Of a DNA stretch of 43,732 bases, positions 25,852 to 35,966 are shown one piece after another (position 1 is the stretch's first letter; each line of letters begins with the position of its first letter). The notes under the pieces are model-generated. The model was given only the letters and a program-made list of their open reading frames with translations, did not search any database and was not told the origin of the DNA. The DNA is from Pyrinomonadaceae bacterium (lineage in GTDB: Bacteria; Acidobacteriota; Blastocatellia; Pyrinomonadales; Pyrinomonadaceae): assembly GCA_030372865.1 (NCBI GenBank), contig JAUCQE010000172.1:1-43732 (forward strand), read 5' to 3'. Position numbers and translations under genes: made by a program.

Positions 25852-25866
25852 TTAGAATAATTCTAA
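25852..25866. promoter_or_regulatory. perfect 7-1-7 inverted repeat (Fur/PerR-box architecture) upstream of the Fur-family gene
   Basis: TTAGAAT-A-ATTCTAA lies 14 nt upstream of the GTG start. It has the same 7-1-7 geometry as Fur-family boxes. An extra AATTCTAA half-site lies at 25822-25829. Confidence 0.55.
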
Positions 25867-25971
25867 TTCAAAAACAAGTCAAGTTCACACACCATCAAAT
25901 TGCTCTCTTGGATATTTGGGGCATTAGGACGTTTTCAAAGCTCTTGGGGCAACATTATCAGGCAAACAAAA

Positions 25972-27087
25972 TTATCGTTCAGGTTTTACGATCAGCTTTC
26001 GCTTCGCTTCGACTACGAGGCCCGGGCGTTTTGAGGTGACCGTTATATTACGTTCGCCCAGCTTTTGGGCGAACGACACCTTCGGCTGGTAAGTCAGCAC
26101 GTAGCCGCCGTCGATGATCCGTACAACCGCAGCTGTCTTCTCGACCATTTCTTCCTTCGTGGTCGGAATGATCATCGTGCCGTTCGTGTTCTCGGTAAGC
26201 GTTAAAAGCTGGTTCTCCGCAAGCTCGAGGTCCGCTTTCCGCCGCTTCATCGTGTCCAAATGCTTGCGGTCGAGGCTGATGGTCGGCCCGACCTTCGGAG
26301 CGGTTGCGATGTCGCGTGCGCCGTTCGGCAGCTGCTGCGCTATTTCGGGCGGAAGTGCGGGTCTCGGCGGCGCTTTCGAAACGGCCTTCGTTCGCGGCTC
26401 GATGTCCGTGATCTCCATCCGCGTGTAGCTGATGACGTGGACGTTTATATCTGTAGCGAGCAGGTCTCGAAATATCTTTTCTCTCGAACGCGGGTCGCGA
26501 AAGCTATCCGTGCCGTCGGTTATCAGCACGAGGTGGCGGTTCTCCACGCCTTCTTTTGTCAGCAGATCAGCGCCGAGCCGGACCGCATCAAGAAACGCCG
26601 ACCGGAGCCCGAACTTCGTCCGGTTGATCGCCGCAAGCGTCTCGCCTTTGTCCGTCGTCCATTCGGACACGATCTCAGCTTTGTCCGAGTACTGCATTAT
26701 CGCGACCGAATCCTCGGGCCGCAGGCCGGCAACGAGAGCCGCCGCCGTTTTCCGCGTTTGGTCCAGCGACTTTACCCAACGGAGTTCACCGCCCGTGTCC
26801 ATCACGATCAAGACGCTTGCCGGTATTCTTCTAAGGCTCGCCGGCTGATGAAGAATATCGTTCTCCGTGATCACGAGATCCTCGGCCCGCACATCTTCAA
26901 AGAAATTGCCGTTCTCGTCGTACGCGAGAATGTTGATCTTTACCTCTTCGGTCTCGACGCGTTCGGGTGTGTCCTCGGGCGTTGGCGTCGGCCTCGTGCG
27001 TCCGCTCTGGGCGTTCGCAGCCACGGCAAATACGAGCAACGCAAGCAGCGTCAAGCCGAATCGAAATTTCCCGAGAGACGTGGTCAT
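25972..27087 (-). CDS. secreted VWA-domain protein (degenerate MIDAS)
   Basis: It has a signal peptide. VWA-like core: VLIVMDTGGEL ... HLVLITDGTDS. Confidence 0.8.
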   Translation of the reverse strand: MTTSLGKFRFGLTLLALLVFAVAANAQSGRTRPTPTPEDTPERVETEEVKINILAYDENGNFFEDVRAEDLVITENDILHQPASLRRIPASVLIVMDTGGELRWVKSLDQTRKTAAALVAGLRPEDSVAIMQYSDKAEIVSEWTTDKGETLAAINRTKFGLRSAFLDAVRLGADLLTKEGVENRHLVLITDGTDSFRDPRSREKIFRDLLATDINVHVISYTRMEITDIEPRTKAVSKAPPRPALPPEIAQQLPNGARDIATAPKVGPTISLDRKHLDTMKRRKADLELAENQLLTLTENTNGTMIIPTTKEEMVEKTAAVVRIIDGGYVLTYQPKVSFAQKLGERNITVTSKRPGLVVEAKRKLIVKPER

Positions 27088-27134
27088 TAAGAATAGGATG
27101 CCCTATGCGAAGTTAGGTTTGCACTGATGGAGAA

Positions 27135-28205
27135 TTACAGACGAGGATGCGAACGAACGAACTGGATGAGGTTGCCGACGTACTCCCGGAAATTCGGACA
27201 GCGGACGCCGTACGGCACGAGCAGTTGGTCCGCGATCGAGGTGTCGTATTCCTGCTTGATAAAGAAATACGGAACGCCGGAGTGCGGCAGGCCGGTCAAA
27301 GTCGGCGTCATACCCATCATCAGAGTTCGCTCGACCATGTCGGCAGACGGATGAAAGAGCGACCCGCGGCCGGTCATGGATTCTGCGATCGCGTCGAAAA
27401 GCTGTGCGGTCGTTAGCGGGTTCGGGTCTGCCAGTGCGACCGTCATCCCGATCGAACTCGCATCGCCGCTGAGTCTCGCTATACCCTCAACGACGAAATC
27501 CACCGGAACAAGATTGAGGGTTACGTCGCGATTACCGACGTTCAAGAACCGCAGCAGGTGCGGTGCCTTACGCAGGTAATTGATCAGGTAATAAATGCCG
27601 TCGTATTTCGCTGTCTGCCCGGTCGCCGAGTCGCCAACAACGACCGAGGGACGAAATATCGTGACCGGAAGTTCCTCCTTCAGGTTCTCGACTTCGATCT
27701 CAGCGAGATACTTTGTCTCCTCGTAGAAGTTGCGAAATCCCGCGTCGTGCTCGAGTTCATTCTCAAAGATGCGGCCCGTCCGTTTTCCGGCGACGTAGCA
27801 CGTCGAGACATAGTTATACCGTCGTAGGTTCTTCACCTCTAATGCGAACTCATTGACGTTCTTCGTGCCATCGAGATTTACGCGAAAAGCGAGATCGCGG
27901 TCGACCGCGAGGTCATAGACCGCCGCAAGGTGATAGATCGTGTTCGTCTCCGCCCGCAGGACCTCAAGGTCTTCGTCGGCGATTCCCAGGTGTGCGAGGG
28001 AAATATCACCTTCGACCAAGGCGAAATTCTCCTCCGGTGTCTCGGTTGCTGCCGCGATGCGCTCGACGGCCCGCATCGCCGACTCGACGTAAGGTTCTTG
28101 TACGAGGAGGTAGAACTGGACATCCGGCCGTGCGAGGCGCGCAACCAGCCGCTCCGCGATAAAGCCCGGAAAGCCCGTCATAAAGATGGTCTCGGTGAAA
28201 GACAT
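27135..28205 (-). CDS. SDR-superfamily NAD(P)-binding protein, thioester/fatty acyl-CoA reductase-like
   Basis: The ATG at 28205 gives MSFTETIFMTGFPGFIAERLVARL, a Rossmann TGxxGxxA-like motif. It also has YVSTCYVAGKR and YEETKYLAE (the YxxxK context). Confidence 0.8.
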   Translation of the reverse strand: MSFTETIFMTGFPGFIAERLVARLARPDVQFYLLVQEPYVESAMRAVERIAAATETPEENFALVEGDISLAHLGIADEDLEVLRAETNTIYHLAAVYDLAVDRDLAFRVNLDGTKNVNEFALEVKNLRRYNYVSTCYVAGKRTGRIFENELEHDAGFRNFYEETKYLAEIEVENLKEELPVTIFRPSVVVGDSATGQTAKYDGIYYLINYLRKAPHLLRFLNVGNRDVTLNLVPVDFVVEGIARLSGDASSIGMTVALADPNPLTTAQLFDAIAESMTGRGSLFHPSADMVERTLMMGMTPTLTGLPHSGVPYFFIKQEYDTSIADQLLVPYGVRCPNFREYVGNLIQFVRSHPRL

Positions 28206-28260
28206 GAATCTAATTTTAACCCAACTGCTTTCCCCGGCCAGAGACGCCGCAACAAAAAGA

Positions 28261-28276
28261 TTTCCACCTGTGGAAA
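28261..28276. promoter_or_regulatory. 7-2-7 inverted repeat in a divergent intergenic region (candidate operator)
   Basis: TTTCCAC-CT-GTGGAAA lies between the SDR gene start (28205, minus) and the small ORF start (28323, plus). Confidence 0.3.
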
Positions 28277-28322
28277 ACTGTGCTAAGGTTTTCTTAAGCT
28301 TACATTTACGCGGAGCATTATT

Positions 28323-28538
28323 ATGGCGGAGCCAGCAGCAAATTCCGAGAACGGCAATGGCAGCGGCCAAAGTTCTGAGTTGATGGAACCGCGATGGGCC
28401 GTGATCTCGTTCGAACGGGCGGAGGCAACAGGCCTCACATATCCGGCCGCGGCTGCAAAACTCGCTGAGCTCGAAGCCGAAGGCATACCGGGCCTTTGCG
28501 TCGTCGCGGATGAGGCGGCCAAACGCGTCAGCGGCTGA
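28323..28538 (+). CDS. small hypothetical protein (71 aa)
   Basis: ATG ORF in an otherwise empty slot. Its stop abuts the convergent quinone oxidoreductase stop. No family recognised. An internal ATG (MEPRWAVISFE..) is also possible. Confidence 0.4.
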   Translation: MAEPAANSENGNGSGQSSELMEPRWAVISFERAEATGLTYPAAAAKLAELEAEGIPGLCVVADEAAKRVSG

Positions 28539-29522
28539 TCACCACTCGAGCACGACTTTTCCGAAACTGTCGTTCGATTCAAGATAGGCGTGTGCCTCGG
28601 CGATCTCCGCGAAATTGAAAACGCGGTCCACGTTCGGCACCAACTGCCCCGTCTCGAGCAGCGGGACCACCTCGATATCAAACGCCCGCATCGCCGCCGC
28701 CTTTTCCTCGATCGACCGTGCTCGAAGAACCGTCCCGGTTATCCGCAGCCGCTTTGCCAATGCAAGACCGAGGTCGAACTCGGCCGACTTTCCGCCCGTC
28801 AGACCTACAAGCATCAACCGCCCTTTCAATGCGAGGCTCTTCAGGTTTTCCTGAAAATACGACGCCCCAACCAGGTCCAAAACGACATTTGCACCGTTGC
28901 CGTTTGTCGCTTTCATTACCGCGTCGGAGAACGCGCCGGCCGATGCATCTATCGCATGGTCAAGTCCAAATTCTGCGCAGCGTTCAAGCTTTTCCACCGA
29001 TCGAGACGTACCGATCACCGTCGCACCCATCGCCTTTCCGATCTGCAGCGCCGCAAGCCCCACGCCGGAGCCCACGGCATGTACGAGCAGTGTTTCGCCG
29101 CTCTTGAGTTCTGCTTGCGTCACGATCGCGTCATAGGCGGTGACATAAACTTCAGGTACCGCGGCGGCTTCCGTGAAGCTTAGGTTATCTGGGATGCGCG
29201 CTAGAAGTGACGCGTCGATTGTCAGGTATTCTGCTTGGGCCTCTCCGGCCGTTATGCCGAAAACGCGGTCGCCCTTTGCCAGCTTGAAAATGCCGCCGCC
29301 CGTCTCAACGATCTCGCCTGCGAATTCAAGTCCCGGTATCTCCGGAGCATAGCCGGCCGGCGGCAGGTAGAGCCCGCGTCGCTGCAGCAGATCGGCACGG
29401 TTCAGGCCCGCCGCACGCACGCGAACGGTGACCTCGCCGGGGCCTGGCTCGTTCGGTTCCGGCACCTCACGTATCTCGAGGTTCTCCGGGCCGCCGAATT
29501 CTGCGATATAAACGGCCTTCAT
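28539..29522 (-). CDS. NAD(P)H:quinone oxidoreductase (medium-chain dehydrogenase/reductase, zeta-crystallin/PIG3-like)
   Basis: It has MKAVYIAEFGGPENLEIREVPEP, LNRADLLQRRGLY and the nucleotide motif LVHAVGSGVGLAALQ. Its start lies 4 nt after the TolC gene stop. Confidence 0.88.
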   Translation of the reverse strand: MKAVYIAEFGGPENLEIREVPEPNEPGPGEVTVRVRAAGLNRADLLQRRGLYLPPAGYAPEIPGLEFAGEIVETGGGIFKLAKGDRVFGITAGEAQAEYLTIDASLLARIPDNLSFTEAAAVPEVYVTAYDAIVTQAELKSGETLLVHAVGSGVGLAALQIGKAMGATVIGTSRSVEKLERCAEFGLDHAIDASAGAFSDAVMKATNGNGANVVLDLVGASYFQENLKSLALKGRLMLVGLTGGKSAEFDLGLALAKRLRITGTVLRARSIEEKAAAMRAFDIEVVPLLETGQLVPNVDRVFNFAEIAEAHAYLESNDSFGKVVLEW

Positions 29523-29526
29523 CAGC

Positions 29527-31293
29527 TTATTTTCGAAGCATCGTAATGTCGTTGTCCTTCAGCGAATTACCGGTCGCCCGCTGTAGGTCGGCGATCGCCT
29601 TGTTAAGCTCTGTCTGTGCCCGCAGTTCGTTGCTGCGTGCCGCGGTCAACGCGGTCTGCCGCTCAAGCACCCTGTATATATCGGACTGGCCCGCGTCGAG
29701 CTTTCGCTGTTCCGATTCGTACTGTTTCGCCGAGTTCTCACGGGCAATAGCCGCCGCACGAAGCCTTGCCTCCGCGGTGCGAAGAGCCTGTATCGCGTTC
29801 CGAACCTCGACCTGAATACTCTGCTCGATCTGCTCGCGCTGCGTCTCAAGCCGTTCGCTTTCCACCAGCGACCTGCCAAGCTGTGCCCTCGCCGTCCTGT
29901 CGCCGAACAACGGCAAGTTGAACTGCACGCCGATCCGAAACGTTGGGTATTTGTTTGCGAAGATATCGGAATAAGTAGAGCTCGCGCTTCCGACACTCTG
30001 CAGAAGTGCCTGCTGCGCGGCGGCAGCGTTCTGGCATTCCGGCGTGGTCGGGTTCTGCTGACACTCCCTCAGCAGCGGATTCGTAAAGTTCGGGTTCAGG
30101 CCGCCGCCAACCCCGGAGGAAGAATAGCTCGCGACGACGTCTATCTGCGGCTGGCTTTGGTTCCGGTAGTAACGCTGATCGACCTCGTTAATGTCTTTCT
30201 GCACCCTGTTTAGCTCGAGTTCCGGCCGGTTCTCCATCGCCGTCGTGATCGCTTCGGTCAACGAGGTTGCCGGTGCTTTCAGATCGACAGAATCGATCGG
30301 TGTTATCGATTCGTTCCAGACCGCGTTGTAACGGTTCGGCGAGATCAGGTTCTTCAAGGCATTCTCGGCCTGGGTCACGACGTTCAATGCATCGTAGACA
30401 GATTGCTCGAAATTTGCGACCTGTGTTTCCGCAGCAACGATATCGATCGGTGCTAGCTGGCCTTCCTCGACTAGACGGCGATTGTGTTCAAGCTGCTGCT
30501 TTGCATCCCGAACGCCGTCCCGTTGAACCTGAAGGTTTCGCAGCGCGAACGTCAGGTCCCAATATGCACGCTGGACGTTCGTGATTATCTCAATCGAACG
30601 CTGCCTGAACTGTACGTCCGTCAGCGAGAGGTTTCGCTTGGCGATCTCGATCGTCCGGCGCGGCTGGTCAAAGCCGCGGCCGCGAAACAACGGCTGTGTA
30701 ATGCTAAAATTCACACCCGAATTGTACTGCGGGCTAATGATCGAGATCGGATTGTCGGTTGAAACGCGCTGATTGTTGGCTGTTGCCCGCAGGATCGTGC
30801 CGAAACTCGGAACGTAGGCTGTGAAGCCCGCATTGCCGACGATCGATTCATTCGAAACCTTCGTTATTTGAGGCGCAAAGAAGCTGATGTTTGGCGTCGT
30901 CGCTTTTTCATAATACGTCTCGCCCGAGAACCGCGGCTGGAAATAGCCGCGAGCGGCCATCAGGTCAAACTCGGCGATCTTTACGTTCTTCCTAGTCACC
31001 TCGATGTCCTTGTTGTTTTCAAGTGCCAGGGCAACCGCCTCGCGGACGGTCATCGGACGCTGTGCGGTCATATCGACGCCGACGCGGCCGAGGTCCGGCA
31101 GCGAACGGTCCTCGGAGGAATAGTTCGGTGCGATCGAGGGAACGCCTTTCAGGTTCTCCGGAGCGACCTCCTGTTTATCGTCGACGACCGGAGACGGCGA
31201 CGGCGTAGGAGTCGGCGTCGGGTCCTGTGCGGCCGATGTGCCGCCAAACAAGGCGACGCCGAGGATAAATGCGAATATAAAACGCGGATACAT
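29527..31293 (-). CDS. TolC-family outer membrane efflux protein
   Basis: 588 aa with a signal peptide and a Thr/Pro-rich linker. It has two long coiled repeats typical of outer membrane factors, and it sits downstream of RND/MFP genes. Confidence 0.9.
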   Translation of the reverse strand: MYPRFIFAFILGVALFGGTSAAQDPTPTPTPSPSPVVDDKQEVAPENLKGVPSIAPNYSSEDRSLPDLGRVGVDMTAQRPMTVREAVALALENNKDIEVTRKNVKIAEFDLMAARGYFQPRFSGETYYEKATTPNISFFAPQITKVSNESIVGNAGFTAYVPSFGTILRATANNQRVSTDNPISIISPQYNSGVNFSITQPLFRGRGFDQPRRTIEIAKRNLSLTDVQFRQRSIEIITNVQRAYWDLTFALRNLQVQRDGVRDAKQQLEHNRRLVEEGQLAPIDIVAAETQVANFEQSVYDALNVVTQAENALKNLISPNRYNAVWNESITPIDSVDLKAPATSLTEAITTAMENRPELELNRVQKDINEVDQRYYRNQSQPQIDVVASYSSSGVGGGLNPNFTNPLLRECQQNPTTPECQNAAAAQQALLQSVGSASSTYSDIFANKYPTFRIGVQFNLPLFGDRTARAQLGRSLVESERLETQREQIEQSIQVEVRNAIQALRTAEARLRAAAIARENSAKQYESEQRKLDAGQSDIYRVLERQTALTAARSNELRAQTELNKAIADLQRATGNSLKDNDITMLRK

Positions 31294-31316
31294 AAAACTC
31301 CCTCTATGAAAGTGGG

Positions 31317-34300
31317 CTATTGTTTACCGAATAGCGTGCCTGCCGCCGTTGCGAACCTGCGGCGGATACCGCCGAAAAGCCAATCCGATGCGCGGCCTAT
31401 ACGCTGGAACATTCTCAGCTCGCTGAGGTCGTCGAAGATCGAGTAGAAGACCGGTACCGCGAGCAGCGTCAGCAGAAGACACAGCGTCTGGCCGCCAACC
31501 ACGAGCACGCCGATCGAGCGGTTCGTGCCCGAACCCGGGCCGGTCGAGATCACGAGCGGGATCATACCCGCGACGAGTGCGATGGTTGTCATCAGGATCG
31601 GACGCAGACGGTCGCGGTTTGCCTGGATGATCGCTTCATAGCGGCTCATGCCGTGTGACCTAAGGTTGTTCGTATGGTCGATCTGCAGAATCGCGTTCTT
31701 CTTTACAACGCCGAAGAGCAGCAGCAATCCAAGCCCCGAGAAGATGTTCACCGTTTGTCCGGCGACAAGCAGGCTGACGATGCCGAACGGTACCGACAGC
31801 GGCAACGTCAGCAGGATCGTCACCGGGTGGATGAACGATTCGAACTGTGCCGCCAGCACGATGTACATAAAGACGAACGACAACGCAAAGGCGAGCAGGA
31901 AGTAGAATCCGGCCTTGCCCATCTCCTTCGACTGGCCGACGTAACCTGTCGTGTATCCCGCCGGCAAGTTCAGCGTCTTGACGAAACTGTCTATCTCTGT
32001 GGTGATGCTCGCGGCGGAACCGCCCGGCTTTGTATTTGCGAGCAGTGTCACCTGCCGCTGCCGGTTCACGCGGTCGATCGAGCTCGGGCCGGTGCCTGAT
32101 TCGACTTTGACAAGCCGGTCGAGCGTGACCCAGCCGACCTTTGAAGACGGCACGATCATTCGGGACAGGCCTTCCACATCAGTGCGAAAATTGTTCTCGG
32201 CCCGCACGACCACCTCATACTGCTCACTGCCGGCATTGAAGGTCGTGGCTTCCTGGCCGGCAACAAGCGTGTTCAGGGCCTGCGAGATATCGCCCACCCG
32301 GACGCCAAGGTCGGCTGCCTTGTCGCGGTCTATCTCAAGCCGCAGTTCCGGTTTGCCGCTGATGAGTGTTGAGTCAACGTCCACGGCGTCCGGGATCGTC
32401 TTCATCTTTTCCAGGATCTTCGCCGAATACGCCTCAAGCTGTCTCAGATCCGGGCCTGAGATCAGGAACTGTACGTTCGCGTTCCTGAAGCCGCCGCCCG
32501 AGAATGCCTGTACCTGTTGAACGCCGGTGCGAAGCTCGGGGAAATCCTTGAGCAGTTCACGCGCGTCCGACATCAACGCTTCCTGCGACTTGTCGCGGTC
32601 GGCGATGTCGGTGAGCTTCACATAGATAGTGCCGTTGTTGACCACCTGTGCCTGGCCGCCGCCGACGGTTGCAAGCGTATCCGTTACGCCCGGCATCTGC
32701 CGTATCCGCGAGGCGACCCGCTCCATCACCTGTGATGAAGCACCGAGGCTGTAGCCCTCAGGGGCACGCACCGAAACTTCGAACTGCGACTGGTCATCGA
32801 CCGGAAGGAAGTTCTTGCCGACGAAATAGAACAGCGGGAAGATCGAGACAAAGGTCACGATACAAAGCGTCACGATCACCCATCGGTGCCCCATCGAAAA
32901 TCGGAGCATCGCCGTATAAACATTGTCGATATGGCGGAACCAGCCGGCCTGTTTCGAATCGTCGCTGTGCGGAGCATCGAGCTCCTCGGCGTCTCGGCCT
33001 TCGGCTATCTCGTGTGCCTGGTCCTCGGAGACCGAGTGCTTCCGCTTGATAAGGCGGGCTGCAAGCATCGGCGTCAGCGTGAACGAAACGATCAGCGAAA
33101 CGCCGACCGCGAACGCCGCCGTCAGGCCAAAGCTCGACATGAACCGGCCGATGATTCCCTGCATGAATCCGATAGGCACAAACACCGCCATAAGCGACAG
33201 CGTCGTTGCCAAAACGGCAAGGCCGATCTCACGCGTCCCTTCGATCGCAGCCTGGAACGGCTCCATGCCTTTCTCTTCGACGAATCGGTAAATGTTCTCG
33301 AGCACGACGATCGCGTCGTCGATAACGATACCGACCATCAGCGTCAGGCTGAGCATCGTGATGGAGTTCAGCGTGTAGCCCATTGCGTACATCAAACCAA
33401 AGGTTGCGATAATGGACGTCGGGATAGCGAGGGCCGAGATGAACGTCGACCTGAAGCTCCAAAGGAATAGGAAGACGACGATCGCCGCTAGGATCGAACC
33501 GACGATCAAGTGCTCCTCGATTGCGGCAAGCGAGGCTTCGATAAAGATCGAGTTGTCACCGATGACCCGCATAGAGTAGTTTGCGGGAAGCGATGACTGA
33601 ATCTCAGCAAGGCGCGCCTTTATCTCGTTCGCGACCGCGACCGTGTTCTGGCCGGACTGCTTCGAAACGATAAGCGTGACTGCCGGCTGGCCATTAAGGC
33701 GGGCCTCTGAGCGGAGTTCCTCGGCACCGTCCTCGACGCGGCCGATATCCTTGATCTTTACCTGATAACCGCCGCGGGTCGCGACGACCAGTTCGTTGAA
33801 ATCGTCGACCTTCTGGATCTTACCGACCGTTCTGAGGGCTGTCTCCTTCTGCCCTTCGTCAAGGCGGCCGCTAGGGAACTCGATATTCTGGAAACGAAGT
33901 GCGGTGGAAACCTCTGCCGGCGTGATGTTGTACGAACGCATCTTGTCCGGGTCGACCCAGACGTTTATCTGCCGCTCCTGGCCGCCGATCATCGTCACCT
34001 GGCCGACGCCGTTCACCGACTCGATCCTTTCCTTTACCTTGTTCTTCGCCGTCTCGGTCACTTCGCGGAGCGACGTCGGGGCTGATATAGAGATACGCAG
34101 AACCGGAGCCGCGTCCGTATCCAGCTTCTGCACCGTCGGCTGCTCGGCGGTGTCGGGAAGGTTCGGGATAACGGTCTGAATACGGTTCTCGACCTCGGTC
34201 GATGCAACGTTGACGTCCTTTTCCAGAACGAACTGCACAAACACCTGCGAGACGCCCTCGACAGAGCTCGAGCGAAGTTCGTCGATACCGCTGATGGTGT

Positions 34301-34517
34301 TGACCGCTTCCTCGATCTTTTCGGTGATCTCGGTCTCGATCTCCTCCGGCGAAGCACCCGGGTTTACGACCGTCACCGTGATCGTCGGAAAGTCGATCTT
34401 AGGAAAAAGGTCGAGCCCGAGGCTGAAGAACGAAAATGTCCCGACCACCACGAGCGAAAGGATCAACATCGTGGCGAAAACCGGCCGCTTAACACAAACT
34501 TCTGCTAACCACTGCAT
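31317..34517 (-). CDS. RND efflux transporter permease (AcrB/HAE1-type)
   Basis: 1066 aa. The N-terminus [20 protein letters not shown] and the motif [15 protein letters not shown] are present, with a 12-TM, two-large-loop layout. Confidence 0.95.
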   Translation of the reverse strand: MQWLAEVCVKRPVFATMLILSLVVVGTFSFFSLGLDLFPKIDFPTITVTVVNPGASPEEIETEITEKIEEAVNTISGIDELRSSSVEGVSQVFVQFVLEKDVNVASTEVENRIQTVIPNLPDTAEQPTVQKLDTDAAPVLRISISAPTSLREVTETAKNKVKERIESVNGVGQVTMIGGQERQINVWVDPDKMRSYNITPAEVSTALRFQNIEFPSGRLDEGQKETALRTVGKIQKVDDFNELVVATRGGYQVKIKDIGRVEDGAEELRSEARLNGQPAVTLIVSKQSGQNTVAVANEIKARLAEIQSSLPANYSMRVIGDNSIFIEASLAAIEEHLIVGSILAAIVVFLFLWSFRSTFISALAIPTSIIATFGLMYAMGYTLNSITMLSLTLMVGIVIDDAIVVLENIYRFVEEKGMEPFQAAIEGTREIGLAVLATTLSLMAVFVPIGFMQGIIGRFMSSFGLTAAFAVGVSLIVSFTLTPMLAARLIKRKHSVSEDQAHEIAEGRDAEELDAPHSDDSKQAGWFRHIDNVYTAMLRFSMGHRWVIVTLCIVTFVSIFPLFYFVGKNFLPVDDQSQFEVSVRAPEGYSLGASSQVMERVASRIRQMPGVTDTLATVGGGQAQVVNNGTIYVKLTDIADRDKSQEALMSDARELLKDFPELRTGVQQVQAFSGGGFRNANVQFLISGPDLRQLEAYSAKILEKMKTIPDAVDVDSTLISGKPELRLEIDRDKAADLGVRVGDISQALNTLVAGQEATTFNAGSEQYEVVVRAENNFRTDVEGLSRMIVPSSKVGWVTLDRLVKVESGTGPSSIDRVNRQRQVTLLANTKPGGSAASITTEIDSFVKTLNLPAGYTTGYVGQSKEMGKAGFYFLLAFALSFVFMYIVLAAQFESFIHPVTILLTLPLSVPFGIVSLLVAGQTVNIFSGLGLLLLFGVVKKNAILQIDHTNNLRSHGMSRYEAIIQANRDRLRPILMTTIALVAGMIPLVISTGPGSGTNRSIGVLVVGGQTLCLLLTLLAVPVFYSIFDDLSELRMFQRIGRASDWLFGGIRRRFATAAGTLFGKQ

Positions 34518-34586
34518 AAAGATCTATTCCAATGAGAGAACCCTCTATAAAACCCTACGGCCGTCCGGCCGCCGGGACATGTTCGT

Positions 34587-35927
34587 TTATTGGGCAACGA
34601 AAACACCGTCGCTCAGCAGGTTAAGGTTGCTGGTCGCGACCATGTCGCCTTCAATGACTCCGTTCTTTACCTGGATCATGTTGTTCTCGAGCAGCCCAAG
34701 CTGAACGATCTGTTCGCGAGCAGCGCCGTCTTTGATCACATAAACCCGGTTGATGTCGCCGTCGGTCTTGACCGCCGCGACCGGTATCATCACGGCTGCT
34801 TCGGGCTTCGACTGCGTGATCCGGACCGTCGCGAACTGGCCCGGCTTGAGCAGGCCGTCGACGTTCTGTATCTCCGCCTCGACCGTTAGCGTCCTCGCCT
34901 GCGCGTTCAGCGACGGTGCGATGCGGACGACCGTTCCCGCAAAATTGCGGTCGGGATAGGCACTCGTCTGCAGCGAAACGCCCTGGCCCGTTGCGACCTT
35001 GCCGACATTCTGTTCCGGGATGTCGATCTTTACCCGCAGCGTTGATGTGCGGACGATCGTGGCGATCTTCGAGTTCGGCGTGTTCGGCGTGATGTACTCG
35101 CCAAGGTCGGCCGTCCGCTCTGCGACAAAGCCGCTGATCGGGCTCCGAACCGCCGTGTCGGAAACTCCCTTTTCCGCCTGCGAGACCTGGGCTTCGGCGG
35201 CCCCAACCGCTGCCCTCGCGGCACCTGCCGCGGCACGTGCTGTCTCGACCGCCGACTGTGCCGTGTTGATAGCACGTATTGCTACTGCGGCGTTCGAGCG
35301 AGCCTCGTCGAGCTGCCCGAGCAGGGAGTCACGCTGAGCTTTCCGCTGGTCGTAAATGGCACGTGAGACGTCGCCGGTCTCAAGCAGCCTTTCGGTTCGG
35401 CGAAGTTCCTTTTCTGCCAGCTCGAGCTGGGCCGTTATCGACTTTACCTGCGAAAAGTCCTTTATCTGGAACGTTTCGCCGTCACGAACGCCGAGCCGGG
35501 CCTGCGTCTGGCGAAGGCTCGCGATCGCCTGTTCGACGTTCGCATCGGCCTGTGCCACCGCCTGCCGCGACTGGTCGAGCTGTGCCCGTGCCTGTTCTAG
35601 CCGTATCGCCGCGTCACGCGGGTCAAGCCGGACAAGGACGTCGCCCTGGTTGACGTAGCTGCCGATATCGAAATTAACCTCGACGATCTTGCCGCCGACC
35701 GCAGGTGCGACGTCCGTCTGCGCGTCACCGGCGAGGTTGCCGGTCGCCTCAATATAGGAAGGTATCGGCTGGACCACGGCCTGCGCCGTTGTTACCGTCA
35801 CGGTCGCCGGCTGTGTGTTAGTGTTGTTCGCGGATGCCGAGTTCGCGGTCGACCCGCAGCCCGACGCGAAAAGAGCGGCTGCCGTGACCGTCAATACCGT
35901 TGCGTAAAAAACTATTTGACCTTTCAT
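34587..35927 (-). CDS. RND efflux periplasmic adaptor (membrane fusion protein), lipoprotein
   Basis: It has the lipobox LFASGC and a coiled-coil hairpin. Barrel motifs include GDVLVRLDPRD and SPISGFVAER. Confidence 0.9.
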   Translation of the reverse strand: MKGQIVFYATVLTVTAAALFASGCGSTANSASANNTNTQPATVTVTTAQAVVQPIPSYIEATGNLAGDAQTDVAPAVGGKIVEVNFDIGSYVNQGDVLVRLDPRDAAIRLEQARAQLDQSRQAVAQADANVEQAIASLRQTQARLGVRDGETFQIKDFSQVKSITAQLELAEKELRRTERLLETGDVSRAIYDQRKAQRDSLLGQLDEARSNAAVAIRAINTAQSAVETARAAAGAARAAVGAAEAQVSQAEKGVSDTAVRSPISGFVAERTADLGEYITPNTPNSKIATIVRTSTLRVKIDIPEQNVGKVATGQGVSLQTSAYPDRNFAGTVVRIAPSLNAQARTLTVEAEIQNVDGLLKPGQFATVRITQSKPEAAVMIPVAAVKTDGDINRVYVIKDGAAREQIVQLGLLENNMIQVKNGVIEGDMVATSNLNLLSDGVFVAQ

Positions 35928-35966
35928 CGTCTTAAGATAAGTACCTGCTGTCGAAGGCTGTAAAAA

